From: a virus
Taxonomy: Duplodnaviria; Caudoviricetes
Reading direction: 5' to 3' (one strand)
DNA length: 64,000 nt
Virus record (IMG/VR): IMGVR_UViG_3300017722_005389
Part shown: positions 1 to 10,433 of the stretch, piece by piece
How positions within the stretch are numbered: the stretch's first letter is position 1
Layout of the letters: the number at the start of each line of letters is the position of its first letter
Program-made: the position numbers and the translations under genes
Notes under the pieces: generated by a model
Seen by the model: the letters and a program-made list of their open reading frames with translations, nothing else
The model's database searches: none
What the model was told of the DNA's origin: nothing

Positions 1-342
1 TGCATCAATAGCAAATGTATTAAAACTTGTAGCCATTACTATTATTGGTTCAATAGCTGCTTGAATATATGTAGAACCTGAAACAATAATGCTGTTTTTA
101 TTTTGGTCATAGTCGGGTCTATTGTAACATGTTCTAAAATTATTTATAATGTAATGTGAGCCTGCTATTAAAGCTTGACTTGGAATTAAATCATCTTTTA
201 ATTTAGCATAAGTAACTTCAATTGCATTTGCATATTTTTTAGTTTCTTCTAAAGTAAACTTTTGAGATACGTTGGCTGTTTGCGTATAAAGTTCTTCAGA
301 ACCATCTAAACTTGGTCTTGTTGGGAAATTATTTGGTTTCAT
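1..342 (-). CDS. Partial ORF running off the left edge; putative tail fibre or virion protein
   Basis: Translated by hand from the ATG at 342: MKPNNFPTRPSLDGSEELYTQ...IEVTYAKLKDDLIPSQALIAGSHYIINNFRTCYNRPDY..., open to position 1. A TATTTATA motif lies upstream on the minus strand (353-360). Not in the ORF track; the product call is a weak resemblance only. Confidence 0.6.
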   Translation of the reverse strand, partial: MKPNNFPTRPSLDGSEELYTQTANVSQKFTLEETKKYANAIEVTYAKLKDDLIPSQALIAGSHYIINNFRTCYNRPDYDQNKNSIIVSGSTYIQAAIEPIIVMATSFNTFAIDA

Positions 343-417
343 TTGTTTTTTATATAAATATCATTGAACAAATGAAATATGAAAAACTTTCATAAGTAAA
401 TTATTCTTTCTCATGAG

Positions 418-425
418 TATTTATA
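418..425 (+). promoter_or_regulatory. TATTTATA putative late-promoter motif
   Basis: Recurs shortly upstream of many structural gene starts. Confidence 0.55.
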
Positions 426-432
426 ATAAAAA

Positions 433-1872
433 ATGTATTGGAGAACCTATTTCGATAAGGATACTACAATTATAAAAGATTCCTCAATAAATCTTGGAAA
501 AAATCCGATAGTTTCACTTTTTTATGGTGGAACATACGAAAGATCTACATATTCAAGATATATATTCCATTTTCCAGTTGATAAATTGAAAGAAATGTAC
601 AATGACTGTATGCTTGGTGATTTGAGCCAGGTAAAACATAAAATTGTATTAAAACCTACAAGATATTTTGGAAATGGGCTTGATTTGACCACAGCTTGTC
701 TTGCGACTTCATATGAACTTTGCCTTTTCAGAGTTAGACAAGATTGGGTTGAAGGATGTGGATATGATTTCGATTGTGCAGAACGATGTGATGGATTTGT
801 CAGTCCTAATTGCAGCGGTGTTTCAGGGGAAGCCAATTGGTTTTATGCAGAACCTAATTCTCTTTGGGAAACTGAGGGGATTTATGATGCTTATTCTGCA
901 GAAACAATGGTTATCACTGGGGATACATATTTCTCTGGGGAGCCAATTTATTTGGATTGTATTGATCAGGCGTGTGATGATTGTTTGTTTGAAGTTGATA
1001 TGACTTCTTTAGTAAATGCTCTTATCACTGGAGATACTCCTAATTATGGGTTTGGTTTAGCATTTCATAATAGCTATGAGATAAATCCCGAAGGAATCAC
1101 AAAATATATGGGATTTTACAGTTCACAAACGACAAATTTTTTCAAACCTTATTTAGAAACTGAATATTTGAACCCTGTTATAGATGATAGGGAAAATTTT
1201 TATACAGATAAAGAAAATTCTTTGTATCTTTATGTCAACATTAAGGGAGAAGCTGCTAATTTGGACGAAAATCCAATTGTAACGATATATAATGAGTTTG
1301 ATGATGTATTTGTTACCTTAACAGGAGAATGTGTCTCAAAAGGAATTTATATGGTTTCTTTTGAAGTTGATTCATTGCAAACTGATGTTAGCAATTGTGT
1401 TGTTTGGAGAGATGTTTGGTCAAATATAAAAATTAATGGTAGAACGCTTAGAGATGCTGAACAAGAGTTTCAAGTGAAGCCAAATGATGATTATTATCAG
1501 GTTGGTCTTGGAACAGGATCTCCAAAGAAATATGGGTTTAAATACAGAGGAATACAAAGAAATGAAGGAATTAGAAGAGGTGATGTCAGAAAAGTTGTAG
1601 TTGATGTTTATGAAGCATATCAACCTAACAAGAAGGTTGCTGTTGACAATATTTATTACAGGCTTTATGTGAAAGAAGGAATGGAAGAATTGGATATCAT
1701 TACCTGGACTCCTATGAATCTTGGAGCTTGTGAGAATTTTATTTATATTAATACTGAATGGATGCTTCCTCAAATATATTATTTGGATTTTAAATCTATA
1801 TCAAATATGGAGGAAAGAACATATCCTGAAGAAATCAAATTTTATATCTTAGATGATAATGTAAAATGTTAG
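433..1872 (+). CDS. Cys-rich putative virion structural protein
   Basis: 479 aa ORF with TATTTATA at 418-425, beta-rich composition and about 14 Cys by hand count; function inferred from context. Confidence 0.55.
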   Translation: MYWRTYFDKDTTIIKDSSINLGKNPIVSLFYGGTYERSTYSRYIFHFPVDKLKEMYNDCMLGDLSQVKHKIVLKPTRYFGNGLDLTTACLATSYELCLFRVRQDWVEGCGYDFDCAERCDGFVSPNCSGVSGEANWFYAEPNSLWETEGIYDAYSAETMVITGDTYFSGEPIYLDCIDQACDDCLFEVDMTSLVNALITGDTPNYGFGLAFHNSYEINPEGITKYMGFYSSQTTNFFKPYLETEYLNPVIDDRENFYTDKENSLYLYVNIKGEAANLDENPIVTIYNEFDDVFVTLTGECVSKGIYMVSFEVDSLQTDVSNCVVWRDVWSNIKINGRTLRDAEQEFQVKPNDDYYQVGLGTGSPKKYGFKYRGIQRNEGIRRGDVRKVVVDVYEAYQPNKKVAVDNIYYRLYVKEGMEELDIITWTPMNLGACENFIYINTEWMLPQIYYLDFKSISNMEERTYPEEIKFYILDDNVKC

Positions 1873-2735
1873 AATTAGAGATTATAAAAAATCCTAACGC
1901 TGCACCTAATTCGGGTAAAACTTATGGTCAAGATGTTGAACCAAAAGGAACATATGTTATAAAGAATGAAGGATTTGTTCCTGAAGGGTGGCTTGAAGGT
2001 ACTGCAATGCTGAAGAATCCAAAATTTATAGATGTTGATAATAATAATCTTGTCAAATGGAAATATGAACTTGCTGAAGAAATGAAAGCCAGGGGTAAAA
2101 AGTTGACTGAAAAGCTAATGAAAAAAGGCTATGATGCAATTATAACCAAATATTCAGGAAACGATTATGGAGAAATAATATTGTTCCCAAACGCAAATTT
2201 TATTTTAAATAAAAAAGAAATGAAAGAAAGTAAAATAAACTCTTTATTTGAAACTTATAAAAAAGTTATTAAAGAGATTTATAATGTTCCAACTGAAATT
2301 AAATTATCTGATGAAGAAAGACAATTCATAAAAAATATTAAATGGAGTGATTTGATTATTGAACAAGAAAATACTGAATCGCCTATCAATTTTTATATTT
2401 CAATAAACGGTATGGAAGATTTAGGTGTGGATGAAGGAATAAAAGTTTCTTTTCAGATAATAGGTGATTTATTATATCAAATACACATTTTTCTTGCAAA
2501 AAGTTTACAAGGCTTAGGATTGGGATATAAAATTTATAAAGCTATGGTTTATGAATTTGGGCATGTTTATTCGGGTAAAGGTAGACAGCAGAATACAGAA
2601 GAAGTCCCTAGAATTTGGCAAAAACTTTCATCAGAAAAGGATTTTATATGTAAAAGTGGTAAAATTGGAACAGTCTGCATATTAAACTCAAACCCAGATA
2701 AAGATGAATTATTAAAACTTTTTAAAAAGAAATGA
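1866..2735 (+). CDS. Two-domain protein: ADP-ribosyltransferase-like N-terminus plus GNAT-like C-terminus
   Basis: The N-half has NPKFID...GYDAIIT...EIILF, resembling polyvalent-protein ART domains. The C-half has HIFLAKSLQGLGLGYKIY (GNAT motif A, Q/RxxGxG). Confidence 0.45.
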   Translation: MLELEIIKNPNAAPNSGKTYGQDVEPKGTYVIKNEGFVPEGWLEGTAMLKNPKFIDVDNNNLVKWKYELAEEMKARGKKLTEKLMKKGYDAIITKYSGNDYGEIILFPNANFILNKKEMKESKINSLFETYKKVIKEIYNVPTEIKLSDEERQFIKNIKWSDLIIEQENTESPINFYISINGMEDLGVDEGIKVSFQIIGDLLYQIHIFLAKSLQGLGLGYKIYKAMVYEFGHVYSGKGRQQNTEEVPRIWQKLSSEKDFICKSGKIGTVCILNSNPDKDELLKLFKKK

Positions 2736-2738
2736 ATT

Positions 2739-4034
2739 TTAACTCAATCTAATATTTTTATTCAAAATACTATCCAAATCAAAATCTCTTAAATCTTGAA
2801 CCAATTTATCTGGATCTGTTGGCAGACCTGGATATGGGTGAACATGGCTAATAATTACAAATCTCATCAAATCTAATAATTTATAAACAACATCCCCATT
2901 AACCAGAGGGCTTGCTTTAGTGTTTATTTCAATTTGAGAATCTTTTGTTATATTTTCACTTCTATCTGTTAAAGCAAAATTTTTATTGTTCTTATGAGAA
3001 ATCAAATTTATTTTATCTGCGACAATATTAACTACACTTCCACCAAATTGGTCTAAATTGTTTTGCTCACGAATTTCAACTTCTTTATTTATATAAGTTT
3101 TATAGCCTGGATAAAATATTTCAGATGTAGTATTGTCTGCGTTATTAACAACTATTATTTGATATTTTGGATATTTATCTTTTAAATCAGTTAAATAATC
3201 ATTCAACGCATTTAACGCAAATTGTAGTGTTGAATAGGCTTCTTTAATATTTTCTATTTCAAGATTATCTCTAAATTGATTAACAGTGATTTCTAAAGAA
3301 AATTTATTACTAATTACGGCATTAATAACATGGTCTTGAGGGTTAATAATTTCTTCAGTAATTACTTTCTTTTTAATTTCATTCCCTGCATTATTAACAC
3401 CATGTCTTAATTGAACATATGCTGGATCCTTTTCATTGAATTGGGTTGTATCATTCTTAAGATGTCTTCCAGCTCTCATAAGAACTTCACCATTTTTCAT
3501 AAGAATATCCGTATTTCTTCTTCCTATAACACCGATTTCATTCTTTTGCGCAAATGCCCCTTTAGCTTTCGTTATTCTTTTTATTGGATTTTCTAATAAA
3601 GACTTTCCATCGGATTCTGCAGCATCTGCAGTATCATCATATCCATCAAAATCTATTTTTTGAGGTTGAGAAATTGAAACTGAAAGATAATATCTTTTTT
3701 CTTGTTGACCTTCTTTTATTGTATCATGGTATCTATCCATAAACACCATTACTCTTTCACCGATTTGTGGTACATAGTGAAAGAATGGTGGTAAGATTGG
3801 ATAACAAGTTGGCAAATTTTTAACTAAGGTGTCTGTGATATTGCCTTCTTTTTTTCGAATGTTTTTATCTCCCAAAGAAAATTTTTCTTGGTCTCCTAAC
3901 CAAGAATCAATCTCTGGAACAAACACTTTTATTCTTCGGGATTCAAAATCATCGTCAATGCTGACAACTTTCCCCCAGAAGAAAAATTTGTTTGTATGTT
4001 TGTGACCCTGTAAATTATCAAATTGATGTATCAT
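2739..4034 (-). CDS. Baseplate central spike protein (gp5/gpV/VgrG-like OB fold)
   Basis: N-terminal WGKVVSIDD...RIKVFVP...VPQIGERVMVF OB-fold pattern and a C-terminal HVHP metal-binding motif typical of spike tips. Confidence 0.75.
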   Translation of the reverse strand: MIHQFDNLQGHKHTNKFFFWGKVVSIDDDFESRRIKVFVPEIDSWLGDQEKFSLGDKNIRKKEGNITDTLVKNLPTCYPILPPFFHYVPQIGERVMVFMDRYHDTIKEGQQEKRYYLSVSISQPQKIDFDGYDDTADAAESDGKSLLENPIKRITKAKGAFAQKNEIGVIGRRNTDILMKNGEVLMRAGRHLKNDTTQFNEKDPAYVQLRHGVNNAGNEIKKKVITEEIINPQDHVINAVISNKFSLEITVNQFRDNLEIENIKEAYSTLQFALNALNDYLTDLKDKYPKYQIIVVNNADNTTSEIFYPGYKTYINKEVEIREQNNLDQFGGSVVNIVADKINLISHKNNKNFALTDRSENITKDSQIEINTKASPLVNGDVVYKLLDLMRFVIISHVHPYPGLPTDPDKLVQDLRDFDLDSILNKNIRLS

Positions 4035-4429
4035 GATATTATTGCTGTTCCTATACTAATTCCTACTGTTGATCCAGCCACTGCAACAGGTCCTGCAGGA
4101 CTTGCCCCAGTTGCAGCTATAGCTGTACCAGGTGGAATAACAATAGAAAATTTTGCATTTTCCAATAAATGTTTCATAATAACTTCCATCCTGATTCTTT
4201 CCATTTTTTCAGCAATATTTTCCTGACCCGAAGGTAAATTCCCAATAGGTACACCTGCTTCTTGCTGTCTTAAGATGACTTCTTTAGCCATGTCTTTTGC
4301 AGATAACCCTGGCTTTAAAAATCCACCTTTAAGTATTAATGCTGGATCCACAGGGATTGCAGGTATTTTTGCAGAATTAATAACTGCTAAAACTATGTTT
4401 ACTATTGTTTCTAAAGTATATTCTTCCAT
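4031..4429 (-). CDS. Hypothetical protein, probably baseplate or spike associated
   Basis: 132 aa, ATGA-coupled to the spike gene, with a Gly/Ala-rich beta C-terminus. Confidence 0.55.
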   Translation of the reverse strand: MEEYTLETIVNIVLAVINSAKIPAIPVDPALILKGGFLKPGLSAKDMAKEVILRQQEAGVPIGNLPSGQENIAEKMERIRMEVIMKHLLENAKFSIVIPPGTAIAATGASPAGPVAVAGSTVGISIGTAIIS

Positions 4430-4431
4430 AT

Positions 4432-5841
4432 TTATACTAATCCTGTTAATAAAGTTGTTAAGTCTGTTGTGCTTATATTATTTAATCCTAATAAGGATTG
4501 GATTTGAATTTTTTGGTTTTTTATTTTTTCTAAAATTTTTTCTTGAGCTTCCTTAGCCACCAATTTTGACAAATGTTTTATAAGAATTTTCATAAGAAAT
4601 TTTATAACAATTGGAATAACAACTTTTTTAACTAAGTCTATTATAAATTGCCTGTTTTCATTCAAAAATTCTTTGAAATTGGTAAATCCTATAGTATTGC
4701 TAACAACTTTAAAATATGTGACAATCATCATCATCATTTTAGGGGCAAACAGAAGATTTACTAATGCTTTCAAAAGCCCAATAAGAAACTTATTAAAGAA
4801 AGTTTTTTTACCAATAGGCTTATTGCTTTCATCAAGACCATCTGTGGCTTCTTCTGAAAGAATTGTAAGTTTATTTTCTAATATTTCCTTTATTTCAACA
4901 AAATTTGTAGTTGTACTCAATTGATTTGCTAAATCTAATAATTGATCTACGCTGATGGTGCTTGAAACAAAATTACATTCCTTCAATATAATACTTCCAC
5001 TTATTTTTTCTTCTAACCTTTCATTAAAATAATCTATTTCATCTTTGCTAAATTCAAAATAACTGTTATTAATTTCGGTATCTGGTAAATCAATTATTTT
5101 TTGTACAAAGATTTCTAATTCTACATCTGCTGAAACACTATCTCTATTACGTTTTAAAAGTTTTGATGCGGTTCCGTAAATAATTTCAAATATTCTTGTA
5201 ATAAAAACTGGAAGCGTGAAAATGATAACTGAATCTAAGAATTTGTTAATAAAATCATTTACAGTTCTATTATTCCAAGTTGAATCTATTTTAACATTGA
5301 ATACATGTGTTTTCATTTTCCCATCCACCAATCCTTGAGGTAAATACGTTACTTTTATAAGATTTTTCCAATTTCCAGAATTACCTTGTAAAACGCTGTA
5401 TAAATAGGCGTTTAAATCTTGAGGAATACTCCCATAAATAAGAGTACCTGCAGCTGTTTCAGGATTTACTTTAAGGATTTTTGAGAAATCTACTTGACTA
5501 ACTGCAACATTAAATCCTATACCTGTTCCTTCAAGTAAAAAGTCTGGGATTTTTGCATCAATGGAACAAGAAAATTTACTTTTTAATAATACTTTTAAGC
5601 CATCTTTTAAATTAGTTTCAATTACTGGTGAAAGATAGGTTAAATAGCTTACTAATTCATCCTTAAATTCTTCAACTCCAACAATAATATCTATTAAGTC
5701 TTTGATAAATTGAATGACATCAGCCTTATTTTTAAAAGAAGGCAGTGATTTTCCTTTTTTTAATTTAGGAAAATCAGTATTAATGCTTTTTAATGCAGCT
5801 ATTTTATTTAAAACGTCATTTTTTTTATCTAAGTAATTCAT
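4432..5841 (-). CDS. Hypothetical protein
   Basis: 469 aa ORF, translationally coupled within a minus-strand operon. Confidence 0.7.
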   Translation of the reverse strand: MNYLDKKNDVLNKIAALKSINTDFPKLKKGKSLPSFKNKADVIQFIKDLIDIIVGVEEFKDELVSYLTYLSPVIETNLKDGLKVLLKSKFSCSIDAKIPDFLLEGTGIGFNVAVSQVDFSKILKVNPETAAGTLIYGSIPQDLNAYLYSVLQGNSGNWKNLIKVTYLPQGLVDGKMKTHVFNVKIDSTWNNRTVNDFINKFLDSVIIFTLPVFITRIFEIIYGTASKLLKRNRDSVSADVELEIFVQKIIDLPDTEINNSYFEFSKDEIDYFNERLEEKISGSIILKECNFVSSTISVDQLLDLANQLSTTTNFVEIKEILENKLTILSEEATDGLDESNKPIGKKTFFNKFLIGLLKALVNLLFAPKMMMMIVTYFKVVSNTIGFTNFKEFLNENRQFIIDLVKKVVIPIVIKFLMKILIKHLSKLVAKEAQEKILEKIKNQKIQIQSLLGLNNISTTDLTTLLTGLV

Positions 5842-6260
5842 TCATTAAGGTCGTAAGTGCTATCATGTTCCATTTGTTTTATCAAATCATCCTTTATCTT
5901 TTTAATATCTGCTGAAGAAAGTGTTGGGAGTTCAGCAGTATCTTTATCATCATCCCTTTCTTTTACAGGTTTATTAAGAGACGTGACAACTTTCGAATGA
6001 ATGCTTATCAGCTTCACTTTTTTCTCAATAACATCGTTTAAAACCTTTCTACTTTCATTAATATACTTTGCAAGTTCCATCTCATCTTGGAAATCTTCTG
6101 GAGTATTTAAAGGCTTATTTTTTGCTTTTACTTTTGCATTCTGAGTTCTGTTATTCAAATCTTCAAGAATTGCTTTTTTCTGTTCATCGCAATCACGATA
6201 AACTTCTTTCATTGCATCGAATAGAGAATCAATGTCTAGTTTTAAATTTCTTTTTGCCAT
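5838..6260 (-). CDS. Hypothetical helical or coiled-coil protein
   Basis: 140 aa; TATTTATA on the minus strand at 6274-6281. Confidence 0.65.
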   Translation of the reverse strand: MAKRNLKLDIDSLFDAMKEVYRDCDEQKKAILEDLNNRTQNAKVKAKNKPLNTPEDFQDEMELAKYINESRKVLNDVIEKKVKLISIHSKVVTSLNKPVKERDDDKDTAELPTLSSADIKKIKDDLIKQMEHDSTYDLNE

Positions 6261-6290
6261 TGCTATATTTTTCTATAAATATTTATAAAA

Positions 6291-7070
6291 TTATTTTTTT
6301 TTATAGAAATTTGGTAATGTGTTTTTTATAGCTGAATCATCGCAATTAAAATTCTTCTTCATTCGTTCTTGTTTTTTGATAAAATATAGTTTTTTAAATT
6401 TTTTGAGATTGGTACGTATGTTATCTGTATCTAATCCAGTTAGATTTCTCAAGCATTCTATTATTCTATTTTTTTCAAATTTTCTTCCGCCACCTGAATC
6501 AAAAAATAAAGCACTGTTTTTCATTATTTCAATAATACCATAACCAATCTTCAATTCATCCTCTTTAAAAATCCCAGAATTTTCATTTGAAACAATTATT
6601 TCTTCCAAAATATTTGAAAATTCTACAAAAAAATCTGATGTAAATGAATCGTATTCATCAATTTGATATGAAAATTTCTCGTCTTCTTCAATAGTAGTTG
6701 AAACTGTATCATAAGATTCTTTCCTGCTAATATTACGTCTTTCCTTTTTCTGTATAGCACTATTTCTATTTCTTATAATGGTTCCAAAGTAACTATACGC
6801 CCTTCCTTTGCCAGGTTCGTATTTTTCTATTTTGGTATGAAGAAAGCTTATCGTATCATTTAGCTGTTCATCAAAAGACATTTCTTTACATTGGAGATTG
6901 TATCTATTGATAATTGCTTCAGCCATTTTGATAAAAGGTTCTTTTAGATAAAATTCATAAAGAACCCTTCGCTCTTCTTCATCTGTAGATTTAAGATATT
7001 GCAATGTTGCAATTTCTTGGTCTTCGTCAAAATATTTTTCATTTTTTCTCTTCCTCCCTCGTTTTGCCAT
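6291..7070 (-). CDS. Phage sigma-factor-like transcription protein (possible late sigma)
   Basis: FIKMAEAIINRY...LNDTISFLHTKIEKYEPGKGRAYSYFGTIIRN matches a sigma70 region 2 pattern. Start placed at MAKRG (7070). Confidence 0.65.
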   Translation of the reverse strand: MAKRGRKRKNEKYFDEDQEIATLQYLKSTDEEERRVLYEFYLKEPFIKMAEAIINRYNLQCKEMSFDEQLNDTISFLHTKIEKYEPGKGRAYSYFGTIIRNRNSAIQKKERRNISRKESYDTVSTTIEEDEKFSYQIDEYDSFTSDFFVEFSNILEEIIVSNENSGIFKEDELKIGYGIIEIMKNSALFFDSGGGRKFEKNRIIECLRNLTGLDTDNIRTNLKKFKKLYFIKKQERMKKNFNCDDSAIKNTLPNFYKKK

Positions 7071-7074
7071 AAAA

Positions 7075-7851
7075 TTATACATAATTTATTTCACGGTCAT
7101 AATCAAAAAAGTATTCTTTTTTAGACATGTTGTACCAGAATTTTTTCTCAACCTCATCCATATCGCTTTGAAGATCGTGAATAGAGCCTGGTATACCGTT
7201 ATAATGTTTATATGTCATTTTAGGGATAACGTAAACCTTTTTTCCAAAATTTAGCAATCTCAAAAGAAATTCGAAATCTCCGAATTTCTTCATTGATGTT
7301 TTAAATTTGCCAACTGCTTTGAATGCCTCTAGTTTGATAGTGAGAGCATTAACATTGAAGTTATAAAGAGGTTTTTCTTTTGTTTTTTGCAAATCGAAAT
7401 ATCCAAATTTCTCCATATTTCCTGTTGCCCAAACACTTTCGTTTGAAAATCCAATCGGATTATCATTAGGATCCACTTCATAAATTAATGGAGTGAATGC
7501 ATCAACTTCTGGATAAGCCTGGATATACTTGTTGATATTCTCAATGTGATTTGGAAACATAATGTCATCCATTTGCAAAATTGAAAAATATGGGGTTAGA
7601 ATTACATCACAAGCAAAATTGATTTGTGAAGCATAATCATGCTTTCCACTATCATTAATCAATGTTACCATTCTAATGGCACGTGGAATTTCTTCAGAAA
7701 GTTTTTCGATTTCTTCGGAAATTTTAGGAGTAACAATTTGTACATAAAAATTAGGATCCTTTTGATTTTTTATAGATTCAATACATTGTACAAAGAATTC
7801 TCTATTGTTATCATTTATTTCATGAATTGGAATAATTACTGTTGTATTCAT
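7075..7851 (-). CDS. Glycosyltransferase, GT2/GT-A fold
   Basis: TVIIPIH start, ILQMDD (DxD-like) and GDFEFLLRL. Confidence 0.85.
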   Translation of the reverse strand: MNTTVIIPIHEINDNNREFFVQCIESIKNQKDPNFYVQIVTPKISEEIEKLSEEIPRAIRMVTLINDSGKHDYASQINFACDVILTPYFSILQMDDIMFPNHIENINKYIQAYPEVDAFTPLIYEVDPNDNPIGFSNESVWATGNMEKFGYFDLQKTKEKPLYNFNVNALTIKLEAFKAVGKFKTSMKKFGDFEFLLRLLNFGKKVYVIPKMTYKHYNGIPGSIHDLQSDMDEVEKKFWYNMSKKEYFFDYDREINYV

Positions 7852-7853
7852 AT

Positions 7854-8930
7854 TTATTGTTCTTGTTTACTTTTAATTTCTTCTAATGTTTTCAATCTTT
7901 TTGCTACAAGGTTCTGAAATGTTTCAAGCGTTTGAGCTTCAAATTTTTCTTTTGAATAGTTATTAGCCGTATCAGCCATAACCTTATAAGTTTCTTGATT
8001 CAAGGTATCTGTGAACCATTCATCTAGGAATTTTGAAATATAATCTGGAATTGCAGAATAATTCAAAAGCCAAATACCGTTTTCTTTTATAGTGTATTTA
8101 CCATCGTCTTCTTTACCCATCCATTCTGGAACCATTTCAGGAATTTTTCCTATAACTGGAACACCGCATTTCATAGATTCAAGAGGGAATGTTCCGAAAG
8201 CTGAAATTTCATCCACCCAAACAGAAAGACAGCATTCGCTAAGATTGCTTGCAAATTGTTGTCTATCCATATTTGATGTCACCACAAATGGAACCCAAGC
8301 ATATTGAGGGTATTGAAGGTGAAATTGTTTTTCAAGTCTTTCGCCTCTGGATTTATCTCTTGTATAAAGGAAAATCTTTGGTGTTTGTGGTTTTTCAGAT
8401 GGTTTGAACTCATCATGAATATAAGGATTCACAACTGAAATATCCATGTTTCTCATGAAGTTTTCAATATGTTCCTTTTGAGCTTGTGTTGTGGTGATAA
8501 CATTTTTGATGCCGAAATTACTCCATCTTGCACCTGCACTCAAATTGAAGAAGATAAGGTCGTATACTTGAGAAATCACAACAGTTTCCCAAGGAAGTTT
8601 GATGTTATTCTGGCGCATATCTGTGAAAAAGGATTCAACCCAAACTTCTGGCAAGAAAAGAAAGTCAGAAGGTTTGACTGTAACTTTTTCAAAAGGAATA
8701 TGTGGAAGTTTGCTGTAGTTGCCACCCATCCATCCTGGAGTCATATATTCTTTGTCGTGAAGAATAAATGATTTGAATCCGAACTTTCTCAAAGATTCAA
8801 CCATATCGTAAATATATGATACAGCTCCACTCGTATTTCCTTTAGTATTTGGAACATAGAAGTAAAAAGAACCTTGATTTTCTTTTAATTCGTTGATAAA
8901 ATCTTCTAAAGTAAGTTGTTTATTTTCCAT
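7854..8930 (-). CDS. Glycosyltransferase, GT-B fold
   Basis: C-terminal SAFGTFPLESMKCGVPVIG resembles the GT4 E-x-F-G-x-x-x-x-E-A-M signature. Confidence 0.8.
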   Translation of the reverse strand: MENKQLTLEDFINELKENQGSFYFYVPNTKGNTSGAVSYIYDMVESLRKFGFKSFILHDKEYMTPGWMGGNYSKLPHIPFEKVTVKPSDFLFLPEVWVESFFTDMRQNNIKLPWETVVISQVYDLIFFNLSAGARWSNFGIKNVITTTQAQKEHIENFMRNMDISVVNPYIHDEFKPSEKPQTPKIFLYTRDKSRGERLEKQFHLQYPQYAWVPFVVTSNMDRQQFASNLSECCLSVWVDEISAFGTFPLESMKCGVPVIGKIPEMVPEWMGKEDDGKYTIKENGIWLLNYSAIPDYISKFLDEWFTDTLNQETYKVMADTANNYSKEKFEAQTLETFQNLVAKRLKTLEEIKSKQEQ

Positions 8931-8939
8931 TGTATTATT

Positions 8940-9734
8940 TTAGTTAATCTGTTTTTTGAAGTAGTTGTTTATATCGTTAATAGAGTTAAATTCAAAAATT
9001 CTGTCACCTTTTATTTCTTTATTTTGTTCAGTGACAATTTTCAAGCAAATCTTTTTTTCAGGCTTTGTTTTGATAATGTAAGGGTCAGCTGTAATGATGA
9101 TGTCATACAGTTCCCAAATCTTTGAATAATCATAAAGGAATTTGATGTTGTTTCCTTTGAAATTATTTTGTGCGAGAAATAATAAAGTTGCAGGTTTGCT
9201 GTTTTCTCTTTCCTGGCTGACGATTGTGATTGTATAACCTTTTTTGGTTAAAGATGAATATAGCTCATCCAAATCAAACATTGCTTTTGAGTAAGTCAAT
9301 GGTGTTCTTGAGAAAATTTCAAATGCCTGGTCTTGATAAAGAAATTCAACAAATTCTTGATGGTCTTTGAATTTGAACATCTTTGTCAATCCAATCGGAT
9401 CCTCTGAATCTGAAATCTCAATAGAAGTTCTTTCAACTTCCAAAGAAACCTCTTCAGTTTCCCAAAGATCTACTGGTTTGTCTAATGAATTGTTTGTTAA
9501 ATCAAAAACCTTTAATGGCTCTATTTGCTTCACATTTGCCTCGTCAAGGATTTTCTTTTGCTCTTCTGTAAGAAGGTCTGAAGCAATAGGATTTTTTTCT
9601 TCTATTGAGTGATTTTCGAGGTCAGTATATTCTGTGAATTTTTCATTGATATCTCTTGTGTACATCTCATACGCAAAATCCACCGTTTCATAATGACCTC
9701 GAATAACCTCATTCAATGTAATACCTAATCTCAT
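8940..9734 (-). CDS. HAD-fold 5'(3')-nucleotidase-like protein with degenerate catalytic motifs
   Basis: MRLGITLNEVIR (motif I position), ITIVSQE (motif II) and DIIITADP (motif IV position). Confidence 0.55.
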   Translation of the reverse strand: MRLGITLNEVIRGHYETVDFAYEMYTRDINEKFTEYTDLENHSIEEKNPIASDLLTEEQKKILDEANVKQIEPLKVFDLTNNSLDKPVDLWETEEVSLEVERTSIEISDSEDPIGLTKMFKFKDHQEFVEFLYQDQAFEIFSRTPLTYSKAMFDLDELYSSLTKKGYTITIVSQERENSKPATLLFLAQNNFKGNNIKFLYDYSKIWELYDIIITADPYIIKTKPEKKICLKIVTEQNKEIKGDRIFEFNSINDINNYFKKQIN

Positions 9735-9791
9735 TATCTTTTTTATTGATAATATATAGGTTTCTTTGGTAAAGTAAAATTTATTTATTTA

Positions 9792-10433
9792 TTACAATAA
9801 ATTAGTGTTTTTTAATAGAACATCATCTTTATCTAAAAATAATATTTGCCAATTTTCTCCAAGTGATTTTTGTATATCATTTAAATTTGGTTGATTCTCA
9901 TATACTTCTTCATTAGAATATTCAGTATAAATATATTTGGTTCGATTTAAAGTTTCTTTTGCTCCTTCAAATACTAAATCTTCAGCTCCTTGAACATCCA
10001 TCCATATAAAATCTATAATTTTATTTTTTAAAAAATCAAAATCATCTAATCTAATGGTTTTTATTTTTATTTTTTCTGTAAATTTAACCCACTTATGTAT
10101 AGATAAATGTTTTTTAGGCTTTTTTAAAGAGTTACTTGCAGACCAAGGGTTATTCTTTAATAATTCAATTGGACTTTTACCTTTAAATTCCCCACTAGAT
10201 AGAAAAAAATCCGCTTCTCCATTTTTATTAGAAACAGCAAATTCAAATATTTCTGCAATATTTGTTACACCTGTGTCTTTCAATATCTTTATATTTCTCG
10301 GATCTGGTTCAAATCCGATAATTGTTGATTTTGGAGATATTTCTTTAAAAATTTTTGTATCTGTCCCAAAATGACAGCCGATTTCAACTATTAAATTGAA
10401 ATTATTCGATTTTATAAATTCATATATATTCAT
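9792..10433 (-). CDS. FkbM-family SAM-dependent methyltransferase
   Basis: IVEIGCHFGTDT, GFEPDP and IDFIWMDVQGAE. Start moved to 10433 because of the ATGA overlap with the upstream stop. Confidence 0.9.
   Translation of the reverse strand: MNIYEFIKSNNFNLIVEIGCHFGTDTKIFKEISPKSTIIGFEPDPRNIKILKDTGVTNIAEIFEFAVSNKNGEADFFLSSGEFKGKSPIELLKNNPWSASNSLKKPKKHLSIHKWVKFTEKIKIKTIRLDDFDFLKNKIIDFIWMDVQGAEDLVFEGAKETLNRTKYIYTEYSNEEVYENQPNLNDIQKSLGENWQILFLDKDDVLLKNTNLL

Noticed and set aside
5838-6260. Terminase small subunit call
   Set aside because: Only a generic helical pattern, with no adjacent intact terminase gene; left as hypothetical.
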